In this document: piece by piece, positions 39,899 through 48,792 of the stretch
Layout: every line of letters begins with the position of its first letter
Position numbering within the stretch: position 1 is the first letter of the stretch
Assembly: GCA_036338695.1 (NCBI GenBank)
Contig: JAYZBQ010000048.1
Span: 96,001 to 160,000, forward strand
Origin: Myxococcota bacterium
GTDB taxonomy: Bacteria; Myxococcota; UBA4151
Direction: 5' to 3'
DNA: 64,000 nt
The notes under the pieces: model-generated
Told to the model about the DNA's origin: nothing
Databases searched by the model: none
Seen by the model: only the letters and a program-made list of their open reading frames with translations
Made by a program: the position numbers and the translations under genes

Positions 39899-41437
39899 AT
39901 GGCATCCGTTTTAGGGATCGATCTAGGGACGTCGAATTCGGTCGTAGCGGTTTGCGAAGACGGCGCCGTCACGGTGATCGCCGATGATCAAGGTCACCAG
40001 ATTCACCCCTCTGCGGTAGCGTTTATGCCCGATGGGTCCGTGCTGGTTGGGGCGCGTGCGCGTGCCGGCATGATTCAGCGTCCGCACGAGACCGTGGTCT
40101 CCGCAAAGCGGCTGATCGGTCGGCGGGTCTCGAGTGATGAGGTGTCCAAAACGCGCGCTCGAATGGGCTACGAGATCGTCGATCAGGAGCACGGCGTCGC
40201 CGTGCGTGTCCGTCAGCAACTGCACAGCCTTGAGACGATCTCAGCATTGATCCTGCGTCACCTGCGTGACCAAGCGGAGGCTTACCTTGGACGTCCAGCT
40301 CAAAAGGCTGTGATCACGGTCCCCGCCTACTTTGATGACAACCAACGCCAAGCGACCCGGCGCGCAGGGCAGATGGTCGGGCTTGAGGTCTTGCGTATCG
40401 TCAACGAACCGACGGCCGCTGCGTTCTCGTACGGCTACGGAGGCGCGCGCTCCCACCGGATCGCTGTCTTCGATCTCGGCGGCGGGACCTTTGACGTCTC
40501 CATCCTCGAGCTCGGAGAGGGCGCCCTTGAGGTGCTCGCAACAGGCGGAGACACCTTCCTCGGCGGTGATGACTTCGACCAAGTGATCGCCAACAGGGTG
40601 GCTGAGACGATCATGGCGAAGACGAGGCGCGACCCACGCACCGACGCCGCGGCACGTCAGCGCCTCTTGCACGAAGCGGAGCGAGCCAAGTGCGACCTGT
40701 CAGCTCAGACTGAGGTGACGCTCGACCTCAGCGTCCTCGCAGGCGTCCCGATGCAGGCTCGGATCACGCGCTCAGAGTTCAACGATGCGATCAAAGGGTT
40801 TATCGATCGTTGCCTCGCCTTGTGTGCGCAAGCTCTAAAAGACGCTGGACTGCATGTCTCCGAGATCGATGGCGTCGTCATGGTCGGCGGCTCCACGCGC
40901 ATCCCGGCGGTGCGTGAAGCGGTCACAAAGTTTTTTCGCCGAGAGCCTGATCAAGGCATCGACCCGGACCTTGTGGTCGGCGTGGGGGCGGCCCTGTACG
41001 CGCAACAGCTCGACCAACCCGTCGGTCAAAAGCGCCTCTTGCTTGACGTGACCCCGATGACGTTGCGCCTCGCGACCGTCGGCGGCTACACCGAAGCGAT
41101 TATTCAGCGCAACGCGCCCATCCCGACCGAGCGCACGCGCCTCTTCACCACAAGTCGAGACCGTCAAGAGATGGTCTCCTTGAGGGTTTACCAAGGTGAG
41201 GAAGAACAGGAAGAGGACAACACCCTTCTCGGCGAGTTTGTGTTCGGCCCGCTGCCACCAAGGCCGCGTGGAGAGGTTGAGATCGCCGTCACCTTCGCCA
41301 TCGACACCGACGGCCTGGTTCAGGTGACCGCGCTCGACCAAGCCACCGGCCAGGCAGCGGTCGGGCGAATCAACCTGGCGGTCTCGAGCGAGGCGCCCGG
41401 TACGCGCGCAAGCGATCTCCCCACGGTTCGATCATGA
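39899..41437 (+). CDS. Hsp70/DnaK-like protein lacking the C-terminal lid
   Basis: GIDLGTSNS, TVPAYF, NEPTAAA, DLGGGTFDVS, VGGSTRIP and linker LLLDVTP; ends shortly after the beta substrate-binding domain; AAGGGG RBS. Confidence 0.93.
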   Translation: MASVLGIDLGTSNSVVAVCEDGAVTVIADDQGHQIHPSAVAFMPDGSVLVGARARAGMIQRPHETVVSAKRLIGRRVSSDEVSKTRARMGYEIVDQEHGVAVRVRQQLHSLETISALILRHLRDQAEAYLGRPAQKAVITVPAYFDDNQRQATRRAGQMVGLEVLRIVNEPTAAAFSYGYGGARSHRIAVFDLGGGTFDVSILELGEGALEVLATGGDTFLGGDDFDQVIANRVAETIMAKTRRDPRTDAAARQRLLHEAERAKCDLSAQTEVTLDLSVLAGVPMQARITRSEFNDAIKGFIDRCLALCAQALKDAGLHVSEIDGVVMVGGSTRIPAVREAVTKFFRREPDQGIDPDLVVGVGAALYAQQLDQPVGQKRLLLDVTPMTLRLATVGGYTEAIIQRNAPIPTERTRLFTTSRDRQEMVSLRVYQGEEEQEEDNTLLGEFVFGPLPPRPRGEVEIAVTFAIDTDGLVQVTALDQATGQAAVGRINLAVSSEAPGTRASDLPTVRS

Positions 41438-41946
41438 GTAGTGAGTGGGCGCGCTGGCGTGAGCAAGTCCTCGACACCGCCGCCCGACTCGATGAGATCG
41501 ACTACTTTCGCCTACTCGGTTGTCCGCCTGAACCATCTCCAGCCACCCTTCGGACCTGTTTTCGGCGCCTGGCGACGAGCTATCACCCCGACCGATACCG
41601 GCAGGTCGATCCAGTGCTCTACACGGCGCTCGAGACGATCTATCGGCGCATCACCGAGGCCTATGCGGTCTTGCGCGACCCACACGACCGCGAAGCATAC
41701 AGCGCCGGCCTGAGCCAGGGCTTTGTCCGCTTCGATCGAGCGCGCGCACACGAGCTGCTCGAGCGCGCACGTCAGACGGTCGAGCCCGGGCAAACCGAGG
41801 CAGGCCGGCGACACTACCAACAGGCTTGCAACGCGCGCGACCGCAACGACCGATACACGGCGCGCGAGGAGATCCGTATGGCGCTCCTGTTCGAGCCGAG
41901 CGAGCCTCAATTTTTGATCCTCGCCGAGCAGTTGAAGGGCGGTTGA
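41434..41946 (+). CDS. J-domain protein with TPR-like C-terminal helices
   Basis: DYFRLLG...YHPDRY...ITEAYAVLRDP; ATGA coupling to the Hsp70 gene. Confidence 0.88.
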   Translation: MSSEWARWREQVLDTAARLDEIDYFRLLGCPPEPSPATLRTCFRRLATSYHPDRYRQVDPVLYTALETIYRRITEAYAVLRDPHDREAYSAGLSQGFVRFDRARAHELLERARQTVEPGQTEAGRRHYQQACNARDRNDRYTAREEIRMALLFEPSEPQFLILAEQLKGG

Positions 41947-41994
41947 CCGCCGAGACTGGCTGGCCCATGAAGGGGTCAAGGAGAAGGAGTCGGC

Positions 41995-42462
41995 ATGAAG
42001 GTCCTGCGTCCGCTGCTGGCTTTCGGCATGCTCATCGCTGCGCTCCTTGCGTTCTCGGCACAACAGCAGGGCAGCGGCGCGTTGGTTGCGCAAGGCGCCT
42101 ACCTCGGCGCGCTGCTCATCCTGATCATCGATCGCCTCGCCATGATGAAAAAAGATCCAAGCAGACGCGGACAGGCCGTCGGCGAGGTCGCCCTTGGGCT
42201 GCTGGTCGCAAGCCTTCTGTTCTCACCCGATTTTGCTAACGCCGTTCAAAGAAAGCGACCGGGGCTTCCGGTCGCCGAGCTCATCCAAGCGACCGAGAGC
42301 GCAGACACGAACGTCCGGGCGATGGCGCTTGAGATCTGCCTGCAGCGGCGCCTCTTCAAGGCGTGCAAAGCGAGCTTTGAAAAGGCTTCACAAAGCTCCG
42401 ATGAACTGATCAAGGCGCTAGGCGCCTCGGGGCTGCGAGGGCGATCGGGTTTGAAACGATGA
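41995..42462 (+). CDS. Hypothetical membrane protein with HEAT-like C-terminus
   Basis: AAGGAG RBS; three hydrophobic segments; 'DTNVRAMALE' HEAT-like helix. Confidence 0.65.
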   Translation: MKVLRPLLAFGMLIAALLAFSAQQQGSGALVAQGAYLGALLILIIDRLAMMKKDPSRRGQAVGEVALGLLVASLLFSPDFANAVQRKRPGLPVAELIQATESADTNVRAMALEICLQRRLFKACKASFEKASQSSDELIKALGASGLRGRSGLKR

Positions 42463-43178
42463 AGTTCTTTGTCTTGAGTCAGGTGGCTGCTGTGCTGATC
42501 GTGGGGCTCGCGCTGCGGTGGCTGTGCGCACACCAAGGGATCGGACAGAATCAACTGCTCTTGATCGACGGCGCCGTCGTGGCGCTCGCGCTCGCTGCCT
42601 TGGCGTATGGATTAAATCGGCTGCTGACCCCTTACGAGTTGATCAGGCGGCGAGTCGCCGAAGCGGTGCGCGCCAAGACGCCGCGCAGCGTCACCGTCGA
42701 CGGCTTTGCGCCGCAGCGAGATCTTGCGCGCGAGATCGATACCCTTATGCGCCTTCTCGAGGAGCGTATGGAGGATCCCAACCTCGGCCCCGTCTACCTG
42801 CGCGGTGGCAAGCAGCGAGCGGACTCGTTTATCGAAGACTCCGTGCCCAGTGACGACGCCCTCGAGCCGGGCGAGGTCAGCCAGCCCGAGGTCCTCCCCT
42901 ACAGCGAGTCGGAGACGCCGGTCGCCGCCGACCCCATCCTCGACTCGGTCGCGCCGCACGAACCCTTTCGGGAGCTGTTCGTCAGCTATGTCCAGGCGCT
43001 TCGCCAAGCAGACCGAGCCGATGAGGTGACGTCCTACACGGACTTCACGGACGCCCTCGACGAGGTGCGCGCCTCGCTCGTTGCGGAACATCCCGGCTAC
43101 GACGTCCTCTTCTTTCTCGGTGATGGGCCCCAGATCAAGCCGCGCCTGATCCCGTCCGCACAGGACGCTCCAAGCTAA
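42459..43178 (+). CDS. Membrane protein: 2 TM, HAMP-like segment and MXAN_5187-C-terminal-like domain
   Basis: ATGA coupling; C-terminal FRELFVSYVQA...SYTDFTDAL...L.A.H....V.F resembles the myxobacterial MXAN_5187 C-terminal domain (recognised from memory). Confidence 0.6.
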   Translation: MKFFVLSQVAAVLIVGLALRWLCAHQGIGQNQLLLIDGAVVALALAALAYGLNRLLTPYELIRRRVAEAVRAKTPRSVTVDGFAPQRDLAREIDTLMRLLEERMEDPNLGPVYLRGGKQRADSFIEDSVPSDDALEPGEVSQPEVLPYSESETPVAADPILDSVAPHEPFRELFVSYVQALRQADRADEVTSYTDFTDALDEVRASLVAEHPGYDVLFFLGDGPQIKPRLIPSAQDAPS

Positions 43179-43951
43179 AGCCGGATGATCCGCTCCTTGC
43201 CGAGCACGTGACGATCAAGGTCCACCCGCAAGGTCCCTTTGGGGTGGCTCAATTCCGCTCGCCAAAGCGGCCTCGATGCGTCTTGACCGACCCACATACG
43301 CACCTTGTAACTGCGCCCACCGCGCTTGAGCCAAAGATCCACGCGCCAGGCTTCGAGGTCACCGACCGCAGTCGTGATCGTCTCTTTGCCGACCACGCGC
43401 CCGCGCAGGCGGTTCAGCCCCGAGTAGGCGTACATCCTCAGACACACGCTCTGCCCGGGCGTAAATTCAAGATCGCGCATCCCGTAAATCAGCTGCACGG
43501 GATCGATCAGCGCGCCGCGTAGGACGCCCTCCTTTTTGCGCTCACCCTTGGCATGCGCAAAGCGGATCACCCCGCCGTTGAGCACAGCACGATCCGAGAT
43601 CACCTTCTTGGACTGGTTGAGGTTCGACCGATAAAAGCGTGACTCTTGTGAGCGGGGATCTTGCAGCGACAAAAACTTGCCGGCGAGATCGGTGGCAAAA
43701 GCAGCGTATGCGTTGGTCTCCAGATCGGCCCGAATCGGGTAGCCGACCCCGTAGGGTGTGCGCTCGAGCCCACCGATTTTGAGGTGGGCGCGTCCCGCAG
43801 CGACGCCACCAACGCGCATGCTGTAGCTCAACTCCTCGCCCGCGCTGTACGGCAGCGCCGAACCAGCTCCCCGATGCATCCCGCAGGGCGCAGCGAGCGC
43901 TGACGACGAAGCGAACGCGACGACGACTCCTAGGCTGTAGAGCGATCGCAT
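43175..43951 (-). CDS. DUF3108-like exported protein
   Basis: GGAGG RBS; signal peptide; GEELSY...G..AG.A, DP....Y..R and E.ITTAVGDLEAWRV pattern. Confidence 0.75.
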   Translation of the reverse strand: MRSLYSLGVVVAFASSSALAAPCGMHRGAGSALPYSAGEELSYSMRVGGVAAGRAHLKIGGLERTPYGVGYPIRADLETNAYAAFATDLAGKFLSLQDPRSQESRFYRSNLNQSKKVISDRAVLNGGVIRFAHAKGERKKEGVLRGALIDPVQLIYGMRDLEFTPGQSVCLRMYAYSGLNRLRGRVVGKETITTAVGDLEAWRVDLWLKRGGRSYKVRMWVGQDASRPLWRAELSHPKGTLRVDLDRHVLGKERIIRL

Positions 43952-44005
43952 AAAACCTCCAGCCGAGCTCAGGACACACACAAGCTAGACGCCGTGGCGC
44001 ATACC

Positions 44006-44806
44006 CTATTCACCACACCAGCGCCGATAGACCGCAGCGGCGTCCTCAACAGGATAACCCCAGAAGCGCTGCGCCTCAACCGCTTGGCGGGCTAACATCA
44101 AGCGTCCATCCACCGCAAATTGACCCCTTTGAAGCGCATGTGCCACCCACGGCGTGGTGGCTTCGCGTCGATACACCAGGTCCCAATGGACGAGGCCGTC
44201 GACCTGCTCAGAGGCGATCGGCAGCGCGTCCGAAGCCCCTGCGCCGAGAGGCGTGGCGTTGATCACAAGCTGGCAGCCCTCGAGGTACTCAGCGGCGTGC
44301 GCATACGGGATCACCTCAAGATGGTCGCCCCACGGCGCCAGCCGGCGGCGTGCCGCGGCGGCGTTTCGGCAAGCGACCCAAAGCGGTCCAAACTCGCGCC
44401 GAACGAGCTCGTGAACCACACTCGGGACCACACCGCCCGCTCCAAGTATCATCGCTGCTCCCGCCGCACAGGGCAATCGATCGAGGGTCATCGCCACCCC
44501 ATCAAGGTCCGTATTGTGCCCGATCAACGCGCCCTGCTCGACACGCACCGTATTGACCGAACTCAGCTGCTGAGCGCGCGCCGTGGCGTCATCGAGATGG
44601 GTCAGCACCTGCACCTTGAACGGCGCCGTAAGGTTGAAGCCAGCGAGCTCGTGGCGCGCCCTTTCAAGCGCCGCCTCGAACGCATCGACTCGGACCGACC
44701 ACAGCTCGTACGTCGCCTCCGCGCCAAGTTGCTGCCAAATCTGCTCATGGATCGCCGGGCTCAGCGAGCCCTCAACTCGTCCACCCAAGAGGGCATAACG
44801 CCTCAT
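44006..44806 (-). CDS. aroE: Shikimate dehydrogenase
   Basis: SLSPAIH, GFNLTAPFK, SVNT, GHNTDLDG, LGAGG, INATPLG, DLVY. Confidence 0.93.
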   Translation of the reverse strand: MRRYALLGGRVEGSLSPAIHEQIWQQLGAEATYELWSVRVDAFEAALERARHELAGFNLTAPFKVQVLTHLDDATARAQQLSSVNTVRVEQGALIGHNTDLDGVAMTLDRLPCAAGAAMILGAGGVVPSVVHELVRREFGPLWVACRNAAAARRRLAPWGDHLEVIPYAHAAEYLEGCQLVINATPLGAGASDALPIASEQVDGLVHWDLVYRREATTPWVAHALQRGQFAVDGRLMLARQAVEAQRFWGYPVEDAAAVYRRWCGE

Positions 44807-45712
44807 CTAGAGCAGCGCCTGGCGCGCCGCCCCGACGTCCCGGGCAATCTGCGCCGCAAGCGCCTCAACCCCCTCAAAGCGGCGCTCACCCCGAAGCCTC
44901 GTACGCAGCTCCACACGCAAACGCTCGCCGTATAACTCGGCCTGGTGATCGATGAGGTGGACCTCCAAAACACGCGCACCCTCGTCACCACGAAGCGTCG
45001 GCGCGCGCCCTACATTCATCACCCCATCAACGAGACCAGACGGTGTGACCACGCGCACTGCATAGACCCCATCACCGGGGGTCATCTGACGCGCATCAAG
45101 CGCTAAGTTAGCGGTCGGAAAACCCAGCGAGCGACCGCGCCCCTGACCACGCACCACCACCCCTTCGAGGTCGAAAAAACGACCGGTCAGCCGCTTTAGG
45201 TGCTCAGCGTCCCCCGCTTGGAGCGCCTCACGCATCGCCGATGAGCGCACGCGATGACCGGTTGCGCCGACCTCTTCAAGCACGATCACCTCGAAACGAT
45301 CGTCAGCGCCTAAGGTCGAAACGTCTCCTGCGCGTGCCTTACCAAAGCGATAATCTGGCCCCGTCACCAAAACCCGAGCCCCCAACTCATGGCGGAGGCG
45401 ATCCATAAACTGTTCCGGCGTCTGTTGGGCAAAGTCGGTATCGAAGGACGCAAAGACCGTCCGGGCGATGCCGTGCGCCCGCAACAGCTCCGCGCGCCGC
45501 TCGGGTAGGGTGAGTAAAGAGCCCTCCGTGGCGCCCCGGAAAAAAGCGGCAGGGTGAGGTTCGAACGAGTAAGCGATCGGCATGAGGTCCCGCGTCGCGG
45601 CTTCAGCCGCGCATCGACGAGCCAAGGCCTGATGACCGAGATGAACGCCGTCAAACACGCCGAGCGCCACGCAAGCGCCGTTTGCGGCGCCCTCGCTGCC
45701 TAGCTGATTCAC
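44807..45712 (-). CDS. ribF: Bifunctional riboflavin kinase / FAD synthetase
   Basis: GVFDGVHLGHQ, FEPHP, GRSLGFPTANL, LEVHLID, LRGERRF. Confidence 0.95.
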   Translation of the reverse strand: MNQLGSEGAANGACVALGVFDGVHLGHQALARRCAAEAATRDLMPIAYSFEPHPAAFFRGATEGSLLTLPERRAELLRAHGIARTVFASFDTDFAQQTPEQFMDRLRHELGARVLVTGPDYRFGKARAGDVSTLGADDRFEVIVLEEVGATGHRVRSSAMREALQAGDAEHLKRLTGRFFDLEGVVVRGQGRGRSLGFPTANLALDARQMTPGDGVYAVRVVTPSGLVDGVMNVGRAPTLRGDEGARVLEVHLIDHQAELYGERLRVELRTRLRGERRFEGVEALAAQIARDVGAARQALL

Positions 45713-46620
45713 GGCGTCCCAGATGCTTTCGGCGCAGCTCCACCCCCAGCGGCGGTCTCATCCACAGGCGCCTCATCAGCGACGGACTCCGCGGGGCGCG
45801 GCGGCAAGATGAAGTCGCGCCAACCCTCTCGATCGCTCTTACCCAAGGGCTTCATGCGCACGGCGTGGGCTTTCGGGAAGGCTTTCGAAAGGTCGGCGGC
45901 GTCCGACTCGAGCACCGAGAACGTGGCGATCACCTGACCCAGCCCTGCGATCGTCTCGAGGCGGTCTTTCTGAAACGCCTCATCACCAGCCCTCGGCCGC
46001 GGCGGCAGCATCAGGTAGGCGCGCGGCGCAAGCACAGGGTAGCTGTTGTTTCGAAGGACTTGGATCCACCCGGGACCGCTTCGGATGAGGTCGTCTTTGC
46101 CGACATACACAAGGGTTGTACCTGCGTCATAAAGGGCTCGAAAGAACGCCTCGCCTCCGGCGCGCGGTTGATCGTCGGGGATGTACGCGTCCGAGTTCAA
46201 ACGCTCGCCAAAACGGCGCTTGAGGAGGTCGAGCAGCTTCTCATCCTCGATCCCTGCCGCCCGAATGTAATCAGCCTGAGACCGCAGCGGCGCTCCCTGC
46301 TCCACCCGCTCCATCACGGTGCGCATCAAGTCGTTCTTTCCGGCCTCAGCCAGCACCTCAAGGAAGATGCGGCGGCTTCGACCGGAGGCGTCGAACAAGG
46401 TCTCACCGTCGAGCGCAATCACCACCACCGGAGCCGGCGTCTCTTTCGCCTGATCGATCAGCGCGTGACGCGCCTGAGCTGGGTCATCAGGCAACGCAGC
46501 CACCTGTGGCTGCGCCGGCGCGTCCGATTTTTCGGGCGCCTTTGTGGACGCAGGTTGTGCCCCACAGCCCGAACAGCCAGTCACGCTGGCAACGCAAAAC
46601 AACAACACAAGACGTTTCAT
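45709..46620 (-). CDS. Lipoprotein, degenerate HAD-like fold
   Basis: VTGC lipobox; VVVIALDGETLFD resembles a degenerate HAD motif I. Confidence 0.6.
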   Translation of the reverse strand: MKRLVLLFCVASVTGCSGCGAQPASTKAPEKSDAPAQPQVAALPDDPAQARHALIDQAKETPAPVVVIALDGETLFDASGRSRRIFLEVLAEAGKNDLMRTVMERVEQGAPLRSQADYIRAAGIEDEKLLDLLKRRFGERLNSDAYIPDDQPRAGGEAFFRALYDAGTTLVYVGKDDLIRSGPGWIQVLRNNSYPVLAPRAYLMLPPRPRAGDEAFQKDRLETIAGLGQVIATFSVLESDAADLSKAFPKAHAVRMKPLGKSDREGWRDFILPPRPAESVADEAPVDETAAGGGAAPKASGTP

Positions 46621-46672
46621 TTTTCATTCACCTTGGGCGCATCGCCCCACGCCTGGGGCATAATCAGAACCC

Positions 46673-47257
46673 CTAAAAAAGGTCCACACGGAACCGGGCT
46701 TTGACGGTAAACGACCGATTACCGAGCGGTTGATTCCCTTTGAGCCGTAGGGAAATCGTCGTCGGCTGCTCAAGCAGCACCTTGAGGTTGGTCTCGGGCC
46801 CACTGAGAACGAGCTCACGCTCGCTCTGCCACAGCGCCTCGCCCTCGATCTGCGCCAGCTCAATCTCTTGATCGCCTGCGATCGCGACGAAACGCATCGC
46901 CTCGAGGTAGGCATACGGGTCGCGCACCGACTCAGGCTGCGCCGTGATCGTCAGGTCCAGCAGCGTCAGCGAGTCGACATGCTCAACGCCAACCCCCTGG
47001 TCCGAAAAGGACGGCAACTGCGTCATCTCAAGCCCGGCGAACCCGGGCGGCCTGAGCTGGTCGTAACCCTGCTCATCCGAACCAAACCCTCCATCAACGA
47101 CGCGCCCCGGCGGCAGGGCGGCGCTGCTGCGACCTGGGATCTCAAAAGCCTCGTCGAGCTCAAAGTCAAACTGGGTCAGCGCGTCGCAGCCGGATAAGGC
47201 GATCAGCGCTACACAACTCCAGCGAAGGTTCGATGTATGGGGTGCATCGAGAAACAT
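46673..47257 (-). CDS. Hypothetical lipoprotein
   Basis: GGAGG RBS before ATG 47257; LSGC lipobox; beta-rich mature part. Confidence 0.7.
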   Translation of the reverse strand: MFLDAPHTSNLRWSCVALIALSGCDALTQFDFELDEAFEIPGRSSAALPPGRVVDGGFGSDEQGYDQLRPPGFAGLEMTQLPSFSDQGVGVEHVDSLTLLDLTITAQPESVRDPYAYLEAMRFVAIAGDQEIELAQIEGEALWQSERELVLSGPETNLKVLLEQPTTISLRLKGNQPLGNRSFTVKARFRVDLF

Positions 47258-47356
47258 TTTATTCCTCCGATGCAGTTCTGATGGTCGGATCGTCATAGAA
47301 ACGACAATACTTGAGTGGGGACGACGGTATTGTCTTAGGTTTCAACTGCGATCGGC

Positions 47357-47393
47357 AAGCCTGCGGCACATTCGCTGCGGGTTTGTTTTTTTT
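47357..47393 (+). terminator. Rho-independent terminator-like hairpin on the plus strand (convergent to pilR)
   Basis: AAGCCTGCGGC-acattc-GCTGCGGGTTT stem, with G-U pairs that work only on the + strand, followed by a T-run (TTTGTTTTTTTT). Confidence 0.6.
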
Positions 47394-48792
47394 AGACATT
47401 TTCCGACTCCTCGTCGTGTTCATTGAAGAGCTTTTTGTAGCGATATCGAAAACTTCGAAAGCTCAAGCCGAGCAGGTCGGCGGCGCGCGTCTTGACCTGA
47501 CCCGAGAGCGTCATCGCCTGCGTCATCAGGTCACGCTCATAGGTCTCGAGCGCCGTCTCGAGGTCCAAGCCGTCCTCGGTGACCACGGCGCCGCCACCTG
47601 AGGCGACATAATCCCCTCCGCCGCCGAGGTCCGGCGGCAGATCTTCGACCTCGATCCACTCACCGTCGCACAGGGTCACGCCGCGCTCGATCACGTTCTC
47701 AAGCTCACGAACATTACCCGGGAAGTCATGGTGCATGATCGCTTGCTCAGCGGCCTTCGTCAGGCCGCGCAGCGTCTTCGATTGTTCTTGGGCGAAGCGC
47801 TCAATAAAATGGGCGATGAGGACGGCGATGTCGTCGCGCCGGGCGCGCAATGCCGGGACCGGAATCTCGACGACATTAAGCCGAAAGAAGAGGTCCTCAC
47901 GGAAGGTACCAGCCGCCACCTCTTCTCTCAGGTTCCGGTTGGTCGCAGCGAGGACGCGTACGTTAAGGTTGACGTCCTGACGCCCCCCAACCGGGCGAAT
48001 TCGTCGCTCCTGCAACATGCGCAGCATCTTGACCTGCGCTTGGAGCGGCAGCTCGGCGATCTCATCGAGGAACAAGGTCCCGTTGTTCGCCTCCTCACAG
48101 AGTCCGACCCGATCACTGACCGAGCCCGTGTAGGCTCCTTTCGCTGAGCCAAAGAGCTCTGCCTCGACGAGGTTATCTGGTATCGCGCCGCAATTGATCG
48201 GCACAAAGGGGCCGTCCGCCCAAGGCGAGGCTCGATGGATCGCTCGAGCGACGAGCTCCTTACCGGTGCCCGACTCTCCGGTGATCAAGACGGTCGTGCG
48301 CGATGAAGCCACCTTGCCGATCAGGGTCTGCACGCGATCCATCGCAAGGCTTCGCCCCAACAGATCCGGGTCGCGCCGCGCCGTGAGCTGCGCCCGCAGC
48401 GCGACGTTATCAGCGACCAGCGTTCGGCGCTCGAGCGCACGATCCACGACGACCTCGAGCTCGTCATGATCGACCGGCTTGATCAGGTAGTGATAAGCGC
48501 CCGAGCGCATCGCCTCCACGGCAGTCTGAGCCGAGGCGTAAGCGGTCGAGATAATCACCGGCAGGTTCGGGTCCGCCTCTTTTGCAGCCTCAAGGACTTT
48601 GAGCCCCTCATCACCGTCTTGCATCCGCAGATCGGTCAAGACGATGTCTAGGGCAGGCTCAGGCGTCGCCACGCGCTTCATCGCCGCCTGCCAGTCGGTC
48701 ATCGTCTCGACATCAAAGCCCCGTCGTTTGAAGCTAATCCCCAGCACAGTGCACTGGTGAGCTTCGTCATCGACGATCAGTATCCTCGGCAT
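47392..48792 (-). CDS. pilR: Sigma54-dependent response regulator PilR
   Basis: Receiver (VDDE...TDLRM), GESGTGKE, GAYTG (GAFTGA-like), LFLDEI, PGNVREL, Fis HTH; position after pilS. Confidence 0.88.
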   Translation of the reverse strand: MPRILIVDDEAHQCTVLGISFKRRGFDVETMTDWQAAMKRVATPEPALDIVLTDLRMQDGDEGLKVLEAAKEADPNLPVIISTAYASAQTAVEAMRSGAYHYLIKPVDHDELEVVVDRALERRTLVADNVALRAQLTARRDPDLLGRSLAMDRVQTLIGKVASSRTTVLITGESGTGKELVARAIHRASPWADGPFVPINCGAIPDNLVEAELFGSAKGAYTGSVSDRVGLCEEANNGTLFLDEIAELPLQAQVKMLRMLQERRIRPVGGRQDVNLNVRVLAATNRNLREEVAAGTFREDLFFRLNVVEIPVPALRARRDDIAVLIAHFIERFAQEQSKTLRGLTKAAEQAIMHHDFPGNVRELENVIERGVTLCDGEWIEVEDLPPDLGGGGDYVASGGGAVVTEDGLDLETALETYERDLMTQAMTLSGQVKTRAADLLGLSFRSFRYRYKKLFNEHDEESENV

